From positions 212,784,001 to 212,848,000 of the forward strand of contig OX597814.1 of assembly GCA_951406725.2 (NCBI GenBank): DNA of 64,000 bases, written 5' to 3'. Of the stretch, positions 1 to 12,479 are shown one piece after another. This DNA is from Octopus vulgaris. Lineage: Eukaryota. The stretch's first letter is position 1; each line of letters begins with the position of its first letter. A program made the translations under genes and the position numbers. The notes under the pieces are model-generated. The model saw nothing but the letters and a program-made list of their open reading frames with translations. It had not been told where the DNA came from and searched no databases.

Positions 1-289
1 TGTGTATAGTCAGATGTGTTTATAGTCGAAAGGGCTAAGACGAAACCTACCAACATTAATGACTAGCAAAATAAAGGAGACAAAAAAGGTAGTGATATTA
101 TTAAACACTCTTGTACTAATCAATATATACATCAAAGTGACTAACGCAAACGAAGTAAGGGAAATCCTATACAACTACTTGTAATAGTAATTTAAAGTCC
201 AGCATTAATATGAAACCCAAAGAGAAACTAACGAATAGTAATAGTGTTACTACTTTTTTCCGATAATGTTGAGAGTCTTTGTAAATAAT

Positions 290-711
290 GCGCAGGAGTG
301 GCTGTGTGGTAAGTAGCTTGCTAACCAACTACATGGTTCCGGGTTCAGTCCCACTGCGTGGCATCTTGGGCAAGTGTCTTCTGCTATAGCCCCGGGCCGA
401 CCAATGCCTTGTGAGTGGATTTGGTAGACGGAAACTGAAAGAAGCCTGTCATATATATGTATATATATGTATATGTGTGTATGTGTGTGTGTTTGTGTGT
501 GTGTTTGTCCCCCTAGCATTGCTTGACAACCGATGCTGGTGTGTTTACGTCCCCGTCACTTAGCGGTTCGGCAAAAAGAGACCGATAGAATAAGTACTGG
601 GCTTACAAAAATAATAAGTCCCGGGGTCGAGTTGCTCGACTAAAGGCGGTGCTCCAGCATGGCCGCAGTCAAATGACTGAAACAAGTAAAAGAGTAAAAG
701 AGTAAAGAGTA
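290..711 (+). mobile_element. tRNA-derived SINE, family A (full length)
   Basis: Pol III box A/B-like head (GGAGTGGCTGTGTGG...GGTTCAGTCCC), CTTGGGCAAGT motif, internal (TA/TG)n, tail GGCGGTGCTCCAGCATGGCC...(AAAGAGT)n; near-identical copies at 25677-26102 and 31259-31655. Confidence 0.9.
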
Positions 712-914
712 TAACAATGAACAGGAACGAATAACAACAATCATTCTAGGCTTGAGCATACAGAAATATGTTCTTTTGACAATTCTTCCAAAGACTTGTC
801 ACTGTGGTAAGAAGTTTTGCTTTCCAGTCTCATGGTTCTTTCTCCTAAAATCTTTCTCTTAAAATCTTCAAGGAGGTACCCCAGCACGGCCGCAGTCTAA
901 TGCCAAACGAATAT

Positions 915-1087
915 CTGACCAGCGCGCAGTGCTCTGGCGTGACAGTAAAACATTTTATGTCGGTGCGAAACGTTTTGTTCATTCGCTGGAAGAATGGCAT
1001 CACCTTCTGCCCAAGAGATTTTTGCCCACGCAGCATTAGTTTTGGCGGGAAAAAATAAAGTCGGATACTTTTGAACGCACCTCGTAT
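915..1087. mobile_element. mariner-like terminal fragment
   Basis: Ends in ACTTTTGAACGCACCTCGTA, resembling a mariner TIR plus TA. Confidence 0.4.
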
Positions 1088-1683
1088 CTACCGAAGAATT
1101 TCCATCGTAAAAGAATGAAAATCTTTCTGGCTCTGTCTTTAAAACCTGAGCATATTTAATAAATTTATTGTGAAAATTGCTTTCCTCAACAACACCGAAT
1201 GTAGCTGATAATACTTAGTCAATAAATCTAAAATCAAGGCATACACTGGGATTAACGCTAATTTCAGGTGAAATACAATCACCCTTTCTTATCTCAATAA
1301 TTACAGATCTCTCTCTAATTAATCTCTGGCTAAATTAATTATATATGTTACTGGAGAGCGGCTTGTACGCTTTGATAGTATGGCCTTACATACTGTCATA
1401 CGTAGTATTTATTGCAAACTTGTGATTCAATGTAAAATGTTCATGTAATTTCTTATGTAACAAGGCTCATCAGCTTCAGCTGGCACATTTTATGAGCAAT
1501 TTACTTACGTGTTAGAGTAGTTAATCTATCATGAAACAGCTGGTAGCACTGTGTGAATTCCATTTATCTGGAGAGAGGTAATCCATGTTGGTGATATTTT
1601 TCTCCTTACGATCTATGTCTGATTTCCAGCAGCAGCAGGGTATATGTACGTATATATGTATGTATATATGTATATATATATAT

Positions 1684-1738
1684 ATCACAATCAAGGAATG
1701 GCCATAATAGGCCATTCACCCACTAGAAATAACAGCCA
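1684..1738 (-). repeat. fragment of the 10.7-11.9 kb ribozyme-bearing repeat, flanked by (TA)n
   Basis: ATCACAATCAAGGAA(T/C)GGCCATAATAGGCCATTCACCCACTAGAAATAACAGCCA matches ~10822-10876. Confidence 0.85.
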
Positions 1739-1796
<58 letters not shown>

Positions 1797-2147
1797 TTTT
1801 AAAAAATAAGGGTGAAAAATTGAATATAAATTTAACATCAATTTCAAACCAGTGGTCTAGCATATAGAAAAATCTGAAGATTCAGTAAAATTATATTACA
1901 TACATATAAGACGGATGACCACTAAGTGGGCATCCATTATGCTAGAAGTCGAACCCTATCGTCTTACCATTATCAAAGGAATGTTCTCAAGAATATTTAG
2001 CAAACGCCAGAACGTAAGCGTGCACGACAAATGAAAAGGCTATTCAATTTTTAATGACCACTACTCTTTTGCTATATACACTCTACTGTCAGTGTGGGGG
2101 GTTTCTCTCTCTGGCTCTCTGTCTCTCTTTCACTCCTTCCCTCTGTT

Positions 2148-2186
<39 letters not shown>

Positions 2187-2532
2187 GAGTGAAAGATAGA
2201 TAGATAGATAGATTGATAGATCTTCGTACAGTCTTCACTCTTTTATAGCTAGCCATGTCTCTATCGAGAAACCTATTCATCTGCCCATCTACATCTCTAT
2301 CGTTTTGTGACTGTGTATATGTCTCACTATAACATTATCGGGTTATACAGTCTTTCGCTTTACACGAATATTTCCATCTTCCTTTTCTTTCTTTTTCACG
2401 CCGTCACTTTCCAGCTCTCTCTACCCCACTCTCCTTCTCTTTCTCTTTCTCTATCTCTCTTCACTTCCCTCGTGAATCCACAGCCTCATGGCTGGCTTAA
2501 ATTCATTATTTACGCTTTCCAGCGAAAACCGG

Positions 2533-2603
<71 letters not shown>

Positions 2604-2604
<1 letters not shown>

Positions 2605-2843
2605 TGAGGACGCATGGCTCGGGTAGTGTGTTGCGTTCTTGAGCAAGAAACTTCATCTTACGTTGCTCTGCAATCAATTCGGCACCTGATGCGTGGCACA
2701 CCCTGCACCTGTTCACGAAATGCCGATCTGATGGAACGAGGGAACGTACAGCACATATATTTGGTCACTATAAACAAGTTATTTGTGTAGGTCGTCCGGC
2801 AAAAGCTCAACACATTTACATCGTCTCCGACGGGGAACTCAGC
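2604..2843 (+). mobile_element. SINE family B, degenerate
   Basis: GAGGACGCATGGCTC...GTTGCGTTCTTGAGCAAGAAACTT resembles the copy at 47774. Confidence 0.55.
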
Positions 2844-2881
<38 letters not shown>

Positions 2882-2885
<4 letters not shown>

Positions 2886-2942
2886 TTATTTTATTTTATC
2901 TAGTTTCAGCTCACCAGCTGTGGCCATGCTGGGGCACCGCCA
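2882..2942 (-). mobile_element. CR1-like LINE 3' tail
   Basis: Nearly identical to the tail of the LINE fragment at 45325-45527. Confidence 0.7.
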
Positions 2943-2997
2943 TATATATATGTATATATGTATATATACATACATACACATACATACATATATATAT

Positions 2998-3036
<39 letters not shown>

Positions 3037-3345
3037 TATATACAGGGAGAGAGAGAGAGGTAATTCATTTCGCTTTGTACTTTTTCTCTTCATTGAAAGA
3101 GTTGTCTAAAATTATGTTGTTAACGCAGTATTTAAAATTACTTTTCCGCAAATATTATTCTTTGAGAAGCTCCATTTGCAATTATATGGCTTCATGTAGA
3201 TTCACTCAACGCACCACATTGGATTAGTGTTTTGTACTAGAACCTCGAGCCGACCACTTCCTTGATTGTGAGTTTCGTTGGTCGAAACTGTATGGAAGCC
3301 TTCCTTATCTATCTACCGGTCTACATCCATAATATCTACCTATCG

Positions 3346-3400
<55 letters not shown>

Positions 3401-3402
<2 letters not shown>

Positions 3403-3600
3403 CGCAGGAGTGGCTCTGTGGTAAGAAGCTTGTTCCCAGCTGCATGGTTCCGGGTTCAGTCCCACTGCGTGGCATCTTGGGCAAGTGTCCTCTACAATAG
3501 CCTCGGGCTGAACACGGTTTCGTGAGTGGATTTGTTAGACGGACACTGAGAGAACCCTGCTAACTTACAAGGACGTAAACAAACCAACATTTGTTAAGCG
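3401..3600 (+). mobile_element. SINE family A, 5' part
   Basis: GGCGCAGGAGTGGCT...CTTGGGCAAGTGTC matches 290-440. Confidence 0.8.
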
Positions 3601-3958
3601 AGACTACCAATCATATACAGAATCAAATTTTCACATCACACACATAGACGTACATATATATAGAGAAACACACACATACACATGCACACACACACACACA
3701 CACACACATATATAAAGATACTCACCCACATATAGCTAAGAAAAAACAAGTGAAATATAAAAGATACCTTCTAGAACAAGCAGTTCTCTCAGTTTCCGTC
3801 TATCAATATCTACATGAAACTATATAATTGAAAGTAGAGCTTCTCAAAGAACAATATTTGCGTATAAGTAATTTTAAATGCTGCCTCAACAGTATAATTT
3901 TAGACAAATTTTTCAATGAAGAGAAAAAGTACAAAGCGAAATGAATTCTATATATACA

Positions 3959-3996
<38 letters not shown>

Positions 3997-4029
3997 TGTG
4001 TGTGTGTGTGTATGCATGTATTTATGCGT

Positions 4030-4246
4030 GTGTCTGTGCCTGTGTAGTACACTGCCATCGCTTGACAAGTGATACTAGTGTGTTTATGTCACCGTAACCT
4101 ATCGGTCGGGCTAAAGAAGCGATTGAATAAGTAGTAGGCTTACAAAGCTTAAGTCCTGATGTCGATTTCTTCGACTAAAGCCCTTTAAGACGGTGCTCCA
4201 GTAAGGCCGCAGCTAAATGAATGAAGCAAGTAAAAGAGTAAAAGAA
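4030..4246 (+). mobile_element. SINE family A, 3' part (another decayed 3' part at ~4400-4580)
   Basis: GCTTGACAA...GGTGCTCCAG...AGTAAAAGAGTAAAAG. Confidence 0.7.
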
Positions 4247-4686
4247 TATGTATACATATATATTTTTTCTTAGTTATATGTGTGTATCTTTACAGATATA
4301 TGTGTGTGTGTGTGTGTGTGTGTATGTCTGTGTGTATCTATATATCTGTACGTTTATGTGTGTGACGTGAACTTTTGATTCTGTATATGACTCCTAGCCT
4401 CGTTTTACAAGTGCTGGTTTGTTTACGTCCTTGTAAGTTAGCGGTCAGTTAGAATGATAAAAAAAAAAAAAAAACTAGACTTAAACACATATTAAAAAAC
4501 ACTTCGATCTACTAAATCCCTTCAAATCCCTGGCCCTGCATGATGGCAGTCCAACAGCAAAAATAAGTGAAATATAAAAGACCCGTTCTTGACAGAGCAA
4601 AGAAATAATTCATATGTGTAATGTATTTATGGCCGTATCTTATATCCTTTTTTTTCCCCTTCTCTTACTAGGGATAAATAAAGATT

Positions 4687-5052
4687 TAATAATAATAATA
4701 ATAATAATTGTGTACAGTGCTCAGGTGCACTACAACTCATCTAAAGTGTATATATAATCAGGTGTAGTTTCGGCGGATTTCGGAAAGCATGAGGGCCTTA
4801 AAAGATGCAGTGTCATGGCAGTCAACAACTGACGCAGGCAGTTTATTCCATGCTTCAGCAATTCTGAGCGTGAAAAAATGTTTCCGAAAGTCATGGGAGC
4901 TGTATTGTTTTCTGACTTTGTAGGCATGTCCACGTGTGTTAGACACATGGAGATCAAAAAGGTGTTCAGTGTTGTTGTTGGTGAGGAGGTTGATAACTTT
5001 GTGGGTGTTTACCAAGTCCGTCGCCAAACGCCGGAGCTTCAGTGAATCCATT
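4687..5052 (-). mobile_element. CR1-clade LINE, 5'-truncated 3' end
   Basis: ORF 4758-5051: LRRL..DL, TRGH..K, FFT.R....WN.LP...V (CR1 ORF2 C-terminus), then a (TAT)n tail. Confidence 0.85.
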
Positions 5053-5586
5053 TACACTTATCTATATCAAGTAAGATTTCATGCTCTTTATTTAATTACT
5101 GTTTTATATTTTAGTCTATTTTATATTCTATGTGTCTGCACATGCTTTATTTACTTTATATCTTATGCATACCGTTATCGAATACTTCTTAGATAATGCA
5201 TCTCTCTAACGAATAACACATATTCACAAAGACTCATTCGTACTGCGTTTATGATTGCCTCCACTTCATTCACTATCCACCTCACTCTGTGTTAATTCAC
5301 TTTAATAGCATTACACATCTTCTCTTGTCTCGGAATAGATATATTGTCTCTTGACACAAAACTGACATCAGTACGTTGTAATTCTCTTCATAAACTTTAA
5401 CTATCTTTTTCCCTCTCCACCATTATTCGTGTTACATTTCTTTATTTTTGTTTTTATTATTAATTTTTCTTCACCCTTTTATATATCTATCATTTTCTCT
5501 CTTTCTCTCGCTACTTCTCTAATTTTCATTATCTTCCTTTCTCACGACCTACCAAATTTTTTCTCGCATTGCTGTAATTCATACTG

Positions 5587-5621
<35 letters not shown>

Positions 5622-5623
<2 letters not shown>

Positions 5624-5880
5624 GTGAAATAGAAAGATGAATAATCTTGTAGTAGATTAATCAAAAGTTTAACCGATACCTTAGTAGCAAAAATCACAGC
5701 AGTAAAACAGCACGGTTGGAGGTACAACCATATGGTGTTGCAACCGTGCGTTGGTGCGGATAATTGAAATTAGAACATTATTGGTGAATTGAAGAAATGG
5801 AGCTGAACGCAGATTGAACAGAAATCGTTTTATTTCATTCTACACGTGTTTCGAAAGGCACAAATTACCAAAATCCGATG

Positions 5881-5882
<2 letters not shown>
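5622..5882 (-). mobile_element. pLTR-like fragment between (TA)n tracts with 3' half of a hammerhead
   Basis: Minus strand CGAAAC-ACGT-GTA-GAATG at ~5836-5853; the CTGANGA half is cut off by (TA)n. Confidence 0.45.
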
Positions 5883-5911
<29 letters not shown>

Positions 5912-5912
5912 C

Positions 5913-6423
5913 TTTTGGGAGTAAGCGTCATAAATCACTTTCTAGCTTCGGCCGTAGGAAGTTGAAATTTGATAGCTTTGTGATGCGTGGTCACTCTACA
6001 TCCATCCATCGCTACAGGTTTATAGCTTTATGTTATATAGAGTGTATGTGCGTGCATATACACACACATACATATATACATACATACATACATACATACA
6101 TACATACATGCATACACAGGCGTATGTGCGTACATGCATACGTACATACATACACACATGTATGCATACATACACACATACATACGTACATATATATGTC
6201 GAACTACCTGTTACTTTCTTAGATGCAGCACGGACTTTGTCAGTGAACAGGTCGCGGATTTTAGCGACGAAAATATTTTGACAAATTAAACTTAAATGTA
6301 GAAGTGAATCGAACGGATTTTGTGTGTTTCTTAAATGGCTTATAAACACCTTCCACGCTGCAATTGTTTTCGTTTCAGCACACGATCTCAGATCAAATTA
6401 CTTGCTATGCGAGTACATCTCCG

Positions 6424-6427
<4 letters not shown>
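5913..6427 (+). mobile_element. solo Penelope pLTR, inverted relative to 7755-8281
   Basis: Reverse-complement match to 7755-8281; carries the hammerhead at 6236; flanked by (TA)n. Confidence 0.8.
6236..6285 (+). ncRNA. hammerhead ribozyme variant (G3-C8 core)
   Basis: Helix I TTTGTCA/TGACAAA; core GTGAACA; helix II GTCGC/GCGAC; GAAA; palindromic helix III AATATT; UUU site. Confidence 0.7.
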
Positions 6428-6489
<62 letters not shown>

Positions 6490-6516
6490 AAATAAAAACA
6501 TGATGCCAAGGATTCA

Positions 6517-6594
6517 GCGGTACATATGTTTCGGGCCTTTATTAGACAGATTTATAACAATGCATAATGTATGTCTGTGGCCTTCTTCAGCCGC
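6517..6594 (-). ncRNA. type I hammerhead ribozyme, extended helix II
   Basis: GCGG-CTGAAGA-AGGCC...GGCCC-GAAAC-ATAT-GTA-CCGC. Confidence 0.8.
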
Positions 6595-7056
6595 GCACAA
6601 CAACTTCCACAAGGACATGTGTTACATCAAAAATTCTTGGTTGGGGATGCAAATCCTCTCATTCGCGCACGACATAATGCGGCAGCAGCATAGAATTGAA
6701 GCGTCCATCTCTTTCTTCTCTCAATGTAGAATGAGGGAATTTAGATGTTGAAGTAATGTAAATAAATTAACAAATAAATACATATATAGACATGAAGGGA
6801 CCTGGTGATAAGAGTAAATAGGGGTAAAGATGGAGGGGCGAGAATTCAGGACGAAGGATAAAAAAATATATAAAAAGTGTAAGTATAGAAAAATGTAAAA
6901 GTGTAGAGTATAAAGATATAAAGAGATATAAGGAGATATAAGGGGGTATAAAGAATATAAAAAAATATAAATGAATATAAAGGTATCAAGTTATAAAGTA
7001 AAAATAGAAATAGAAATAAAAATTATCTTACAATTATCAAGTACTCACCCCGAATT

Positions 7057-7099
<43 letters not shown>

Positions 7100-7100
7100 G

Positions 7101-7147
<47 letters not shown>

Positions 7148-7165
7148 CATATATATATATATTCA

Positions 7166-7229
<64 letters not shown>

Positions 7230-7366
7230 CAAGATTAATCAGCCGAAATTGCGAAGATGATCCAGTTCTTGACTGATGATTGAGGGCTTCGAATGTCCCG
7301 TCCGTATTTTTTGTGTCGTCTTCTAAATGTTTCACGTTCTTGTCCCGATTGTATATTTTTTACTTT

Positions 7367-7423
<57 letters not shown>

Positions 7424-7896
7424 ATGTGTGTATGCATGCATGTATGTATATAGTAAATCCCCAGAGTACGAAGAAAACTCAACAAGACATAAAACAACAA
7501 CGTACGGACATGGTAGATGTTAAAAATTATCAAACGCTCAGAGAAAGAAGAATGGTGGTTTTACCCTTCGTGAGAAACAGGAGACGGAGGAAAGTCCAAG
7601 AGAAAAGGAAGCTGAAGGAAGAAATCGCTAACGATCAACATGTGGTTACATTTTGAAATACACACACACACACACACAAGCGCACACACATAGAAAGGGA
7701 GAGAGAGAGCGCGCGATATACATACGCGCGATGTACATATATATATATATATATATTACGGAGATGTACTCGCATAGCAAGTAATTTGATCTGAGATCGT
7801 GTGCTGAAACGAAAACAATTGCAGCGTGGAAGGTGTTTATAAGCCATTTAAGAAACACACAAAAGCCGTTCGATTCACTTCTACATTTAAGTTTAA

Positions 7897-7946
7897 TTTG
7901 TCAAAATATTTTCGTCGCTAAAATCCGCGACCTGTTCACTGACAAA
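7897..7946 (-). ncRNA. hammerhead ribozyme variant (G3-C8)
   Basis: Reverse complement of 6236-6285. Confidence 0.7.
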
Positions 7947-8947
7947 GTCCGTGCTGCATCTAAGAAAGTAACAGTTAGTTCGTCATATATATGTATGTAT
8001 GTATGTGTGTGTGTATGCATATATGTGTGTATGTATGTACGTATGCATGTACGTACATACGTCTGTGTATGCATGTATGTATGTATGTTTGTATGTATGT
8101 ATATATGTATGTATGTATATATGTATGTGTGTGTATATGCACGCACATACACTCTATAAAACATAAAGCTATAAACTTGTAGCGATGGATGGATGTAGAG
8201 TGACCACTCATCACAAAGCTATCAAATTTCAACTTCCTACGGCCGAAGCTAGAAAGTGATTTATGACGCTTACTCCCAAAACTATACCCTAAAATCTATT
8301 ATCAGATCTTTATCTCTATATCACAGAACTATTGTTTTACCATTGTGCGTATGTATGTATGTATGTATGTATGTATGTATGTATGTATGTATGTATGTAT
8401 GTATGTATGTATGTATGTATGTGTGTATGTATGTGTGTATGTACATACGTACGCATGTGCGTATGTATGTATACGCGCTCGTATGCATGTGCGCATGTAT
8501 GTGTGTGCGTACATGTACGTGCGTATGTACGTGTGTATGCCCATACGTAGGTATGTATGTATGTTTGTATTCATGTGTTACGTATGTATGTGAGTGTCTA
8601 GGAGAAAGGGCAGACGTGTCAGTGTGTACATGTGTATGTGTATGTGAACGTATGTCCGTGTACTGGCATGTGTCCGTCCAAGTTGTGTACATGACTGTTA
8701 CTTTGCTGAAGGTTGTATACATATTCACATATATGTTTGTATAGACGCACACACACATATATATATATATATGTGTGGGTGTGTGTTTGTTCCTCTCATC
8801 ATCGTCTAACCGTGAATGGATACAACACCCATGTGCAACTGTACGTATCAAACAACGTCCGCTCGTACCGTTGTATATAATTGCACATACGCATTGCAAC
8901 CCGTATGTAAGGACTACAGGTAAAAGGAGGGAGAGAGAGAGGGGTGG

Positions 8948-9510
8948 TTATAGAATAGTCCTTCTGAATGGGATCTGGATGTTACTCCATTCGTACTTTC
9001 GGTTGAGAGTAGGTTTGTATTCTTGTATACAAACAGCTTCTGTGACCTGTCTCAACATTGCATCGGTGGGATGTGTTGATAGGATGTTCAACTTAAGCTT
9101 CCCTAAGGATCCCTTGTGGCAGTCTACAGCATGTTGGTAGAAGATGGAGTTTGGCTTCCTTTCAATGTAGTTGTCCAGGTGTTCTTTGAACCTATCATTG
9201 ATGCTTCCAGAAGTCTCACCTATGTATGACTCTGGGTTAGTCGCGCAAGCTCCCTCCTGGCACTTAATCTGGTATACAATGCCCTTGGTTTTACAATTCA
9301 CATGTGGATTTGTCGAACATACCGCACAGTTACTTTGACAGGTGATTCTATCAAATGGATATGATCTGCATAACGCCGATTTGATAGTCCTACCTGTCTT
9401 TTCTACAACTTTAACTTTTAGGCCCGTAGTGCGCAGGACTTTCTTGAATGCCTTACTTAGCTCGTTCTTAGGTGTGGCGTCAACGAACATCACTCCGTGA
9501 AATCTCCTGT
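8948..9510 (-). CDS. Penelope-like GIY-YIG endonuclease, C-terminal fragment
   Basis: C..C..C linker, GIVYQIKC...YIGETS...RFKEH, H...CH, EA..I....P.LN. Confidence 0.9.
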
Positions 9511-9588
9511 TATCGTACATACATACACACATACATACGTATATATATATGACGAACTAATTGTTACTTTCTTAGATGCAGCACGGAC

Positions 9589-9638
9589 TTTGTCAGTGAA
9601 CAGGTCGCGGATTTTAGCGACGAAAATATTTTGACAAA
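9589..9638 (+). ncRNA. hammerhead ribozyme variant (G3-C8)
   Basis: Identical to 6236-6285. Confidence 0.7.
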
Positions 9639-9806
9639 TTAAACTTAAATGTAGAAGTGAATCGAACGGCTTTTGTGTGTTTCTTAAATGGCTTATAAAC
9701 ACCTTCCACGCTGCAATTGTATATATATATATATATATACAAACACGTACAAACATACATATATGCATACATGCATGCATACGTATATGTATACATACGT
9801 GCATAC

Positions 9807-9837
<31 letters not shown>

Positions 9838-9843
9838 GATAAT

Positions 9844-9874
<31 letters not shown>

Positions 9875-10295
9875 CTAAGTAGGTAGCTGGAGTTAAACGC
9901 AGGTGTTATTCAAATATTTTTACTTCCGTCATATGTTTCTTACATTTCACTTCCACTAAATATATCTAATTCCAACACTTTAAGATTTGTTCCTATGCAC
10001 CTATCACTCTATATCTCTTCACTATCAGTTTTCTGTTAATTTCTTTCTTTCTCCTCCTTCTCTTTATATAAACGGCCTTTTACGTTTATAGAACGTATAT
10101 CTTGTTGTGAAATGCTCGAAATACGAGAATAGAAAAACAGACGACAACGGATGAAGGGTCATTCTTTATGTTGGTTAGCTTGTTTTTCATTTGGGTCTTT
10201 CGTTATTGGAAAAAACAGTTCATATTCCACGTACTCGGTCTTCGTATTTTTTTGTTGTATCGTTTCGTGACGTCCTGTGCCCACGTATGCATATA

Positions 10296-10341
<46 letters not shown>

Positions 10342-10610
10342 AATATATGTGTGTGTGTGTGTATGTTTGGTTGTGTATAGGTGTGTGCGCATGCGAGCAT
10401 GTGTGTGTACGGAGTCAACCGAAGCGTATGGACATTAGAGGCATTGTTACCAGTATTATGTGCGAGTTGGTGGAAATATAATGGGCTGCTACTGATGCAC
10501 TTCCACAACGTATTTGAATATGGTATTGTTCTGTAGCACATATTGTTAGCGTTACTTATTACTTATGGTTTTACAGACTGTCTTGATTACGATAATAATA
10601 CGCAAGACCA

Positions 10611-10724
<114 letters not shown>

Positions 10725-10944
10725 TCAATATAGGGTGGCAAAAAAATTTTGTAGAATTTTTTTTGTCACCAGCGGCCTAGTGGGAAAAATTAAATAGTCA
10801 TAGACCATTTATAAGTTCAACATCACAATCAAGGAACGGCCATAATAGGCCATTCACCCACTAGAAATAACAGCCAAAGCTTCAACCGCAAAATAACATT
10901 AATTCCGCAAACCAGGAGAAAATTAAAAAAACGTTTACCCTGTA

Positions 10945-11051
10945 ATTTCTTATACGATGCACCGTTTCATCTACTGTTTAATGGTAAACTAACCTGATTA
11001 AATTAAATCAAGCCAATCTTCCATAGGCCCTTAGATTCGTCAGTAAGAAAT
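10945..11051 (-). ncRNA. type I hammerhead ribozyme
   Basis: ATTTCTTA-CTGACGA-ATCTA...TAGAT-GAAAC-GGTGCATC-GTA-TAAGAAAT. Confidence 0.85.
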
Positions 11052-11444
11052 AGCCAGATCGGAACAGATATTTTCACGAGGCACTTCTGTCCCTGCCTCG
11101 GCAATATCTGACCTAAAATTTTCAAATCATCGCACTCGCGCCAAATTTATCGGCAGCAAATAAATATAAGCCGCCGATTCCATTACGGAATCAACCAGAA
11201 AATTCATAATTAATCAATATAGGGTGGCAAAAAAATTTTGTAGAATTTTTTTTTTTTTTTTTTTTCACCAGCGGCCTAGTGGGAAAAAATTAAATAGTCA
11301 TAGACCATTTATAAGTTCAACATCACAATCAAGGAACGGCCATAATAGGCCATTCATCCACTAGAAATAACAGCCAAAGCTTCAACTGCAAAATAACATT
11401 AATTCCGCAAACCAGGAGAAAATTAAAAAAACGTTTACCCTGTA

Positions 11445-11550
11445 ATTTTTATACGATGCACCGTTTCATCTACTGTTTAATGGTAAACTAACCTGATTAA
11501 ATTAAATCAAGCCAATCTTCCATAGGCCCTTAGATTCGTCAGTAAGAAAT
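11445..11550 (-). ncRNA. type I hammerhead ribozyme (1-nt deletion in helix I)
   Basis: Same motif as 10945. Confidence 0.75.
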
Positions 11551-11728
11551 AGCCAGATCGGAACAGATATTTTCACGAGGCACTTCTGTCCCTGCCTCGG
11601 AATCGGCGGCTTATATTTATTTGCTGCCGATAAATTTGGCGCGAGTGCGATGATTTGAAAATTTTAGGTCAGATATTGCCGAGGCAGGGACAGAAGTGCC
11701 TCGTGAAAATATCTGTTCCGATCTGGCT

Positions 11729-11835
11729 ATTTCTTACTGACGAATCTAAGGGCCTATGGAAGATTGGTTTGATTTAATTTAATCAGGTTAGTTTACCATT
11801 AAACAGTAGATGAAACGGTGCATCGTATAAGAAAT
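11729..11835 (+). ncRNA. type I hammerhead ribozyme
   Basis: Helix I 11729-36/11828-35, CTGACGA 11737-43, helix II ATCTA/TAGAT, GAAAC 11812-16, GTA 11825-27. Confidence 0.85.
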
Positions 11836-11953
11836 TACAGGGTAAACGTTTTTTTAATTTTCTCCTGGTTTGCGGAATTAATGTTATTTTGCGGTTGAAG
11901 CTTTGGCTGTTATTTCTAGTGGGTGAATGGCCTATTATGGCCGTTCCTTGATT

Positions 11954-12017
<64 letters not shown>

Positions 12018-12479
12018 GATGTATACATATATATGTGTATGTATATGCATATATTCATACATATCTGCCTGCACTCAATCACATACACATACACACACAC
12101 CACATACATATATTAGTGTGTGTATGTATGTAAATATGAGGGCGAATATATATGTTTACTCCTGTCTTTGTTCAAAAACTATTACGTATATGTATATGCG
12201 TAAAAGAAAGGGTGAGAGGGAGAGATTTAGGAAGAGAGAACACGAGAAAGGATGGGATGAAAAAAAAACTGTTTACTGTATTTGTGTTCTACCTATTGCT
12301 TGTATTAATATGTATTAAATTGAAAATACATTTTTAGTATTTTGTTCAATTTTTGCCCATTAACCTGCGGTTGTTGAACATTTATTATCCGATATGTTTA
12401 TAAAGGAATGCCTATTTTAAAGTAATTCTCTTTTGGCAAGAAATATAATATTGTATTAAATAAATATTTAAAAAAAAAA

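Larger units (their letters stand above)
7755..9720 (-). mobile_element. 5'-truncated Penelope-like element: inverted partial pLTR (9515-9720) + GIY-YIG ORF end + 3' pLTR (7755-8281)
   Basis: GIY-YIG ORF on minus strand; downstream pLTR with a same-strand hammerhead; upstream inverted pLTR copy. Confidence 0.8.

Noticed and set aside
250-519. Recurrent similar ORFs (also 25861, 31243, 39519, 63308)
   Set aside because: Antisense translations of SINEs
1420-1480. Minus-strand CTGATGAGCC
   Set aside because: No matching helix II or GAAA-NUH found
3240-3302. GACCA...TGGTCGAAAC motif
   Set aside because: Aligns to the SINE family A body
8742-8808. TAGACG-ATGATGA...CGTCTA hammerhead-like frame
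   Set aside because: The GAAA half is replaced by microsatellite
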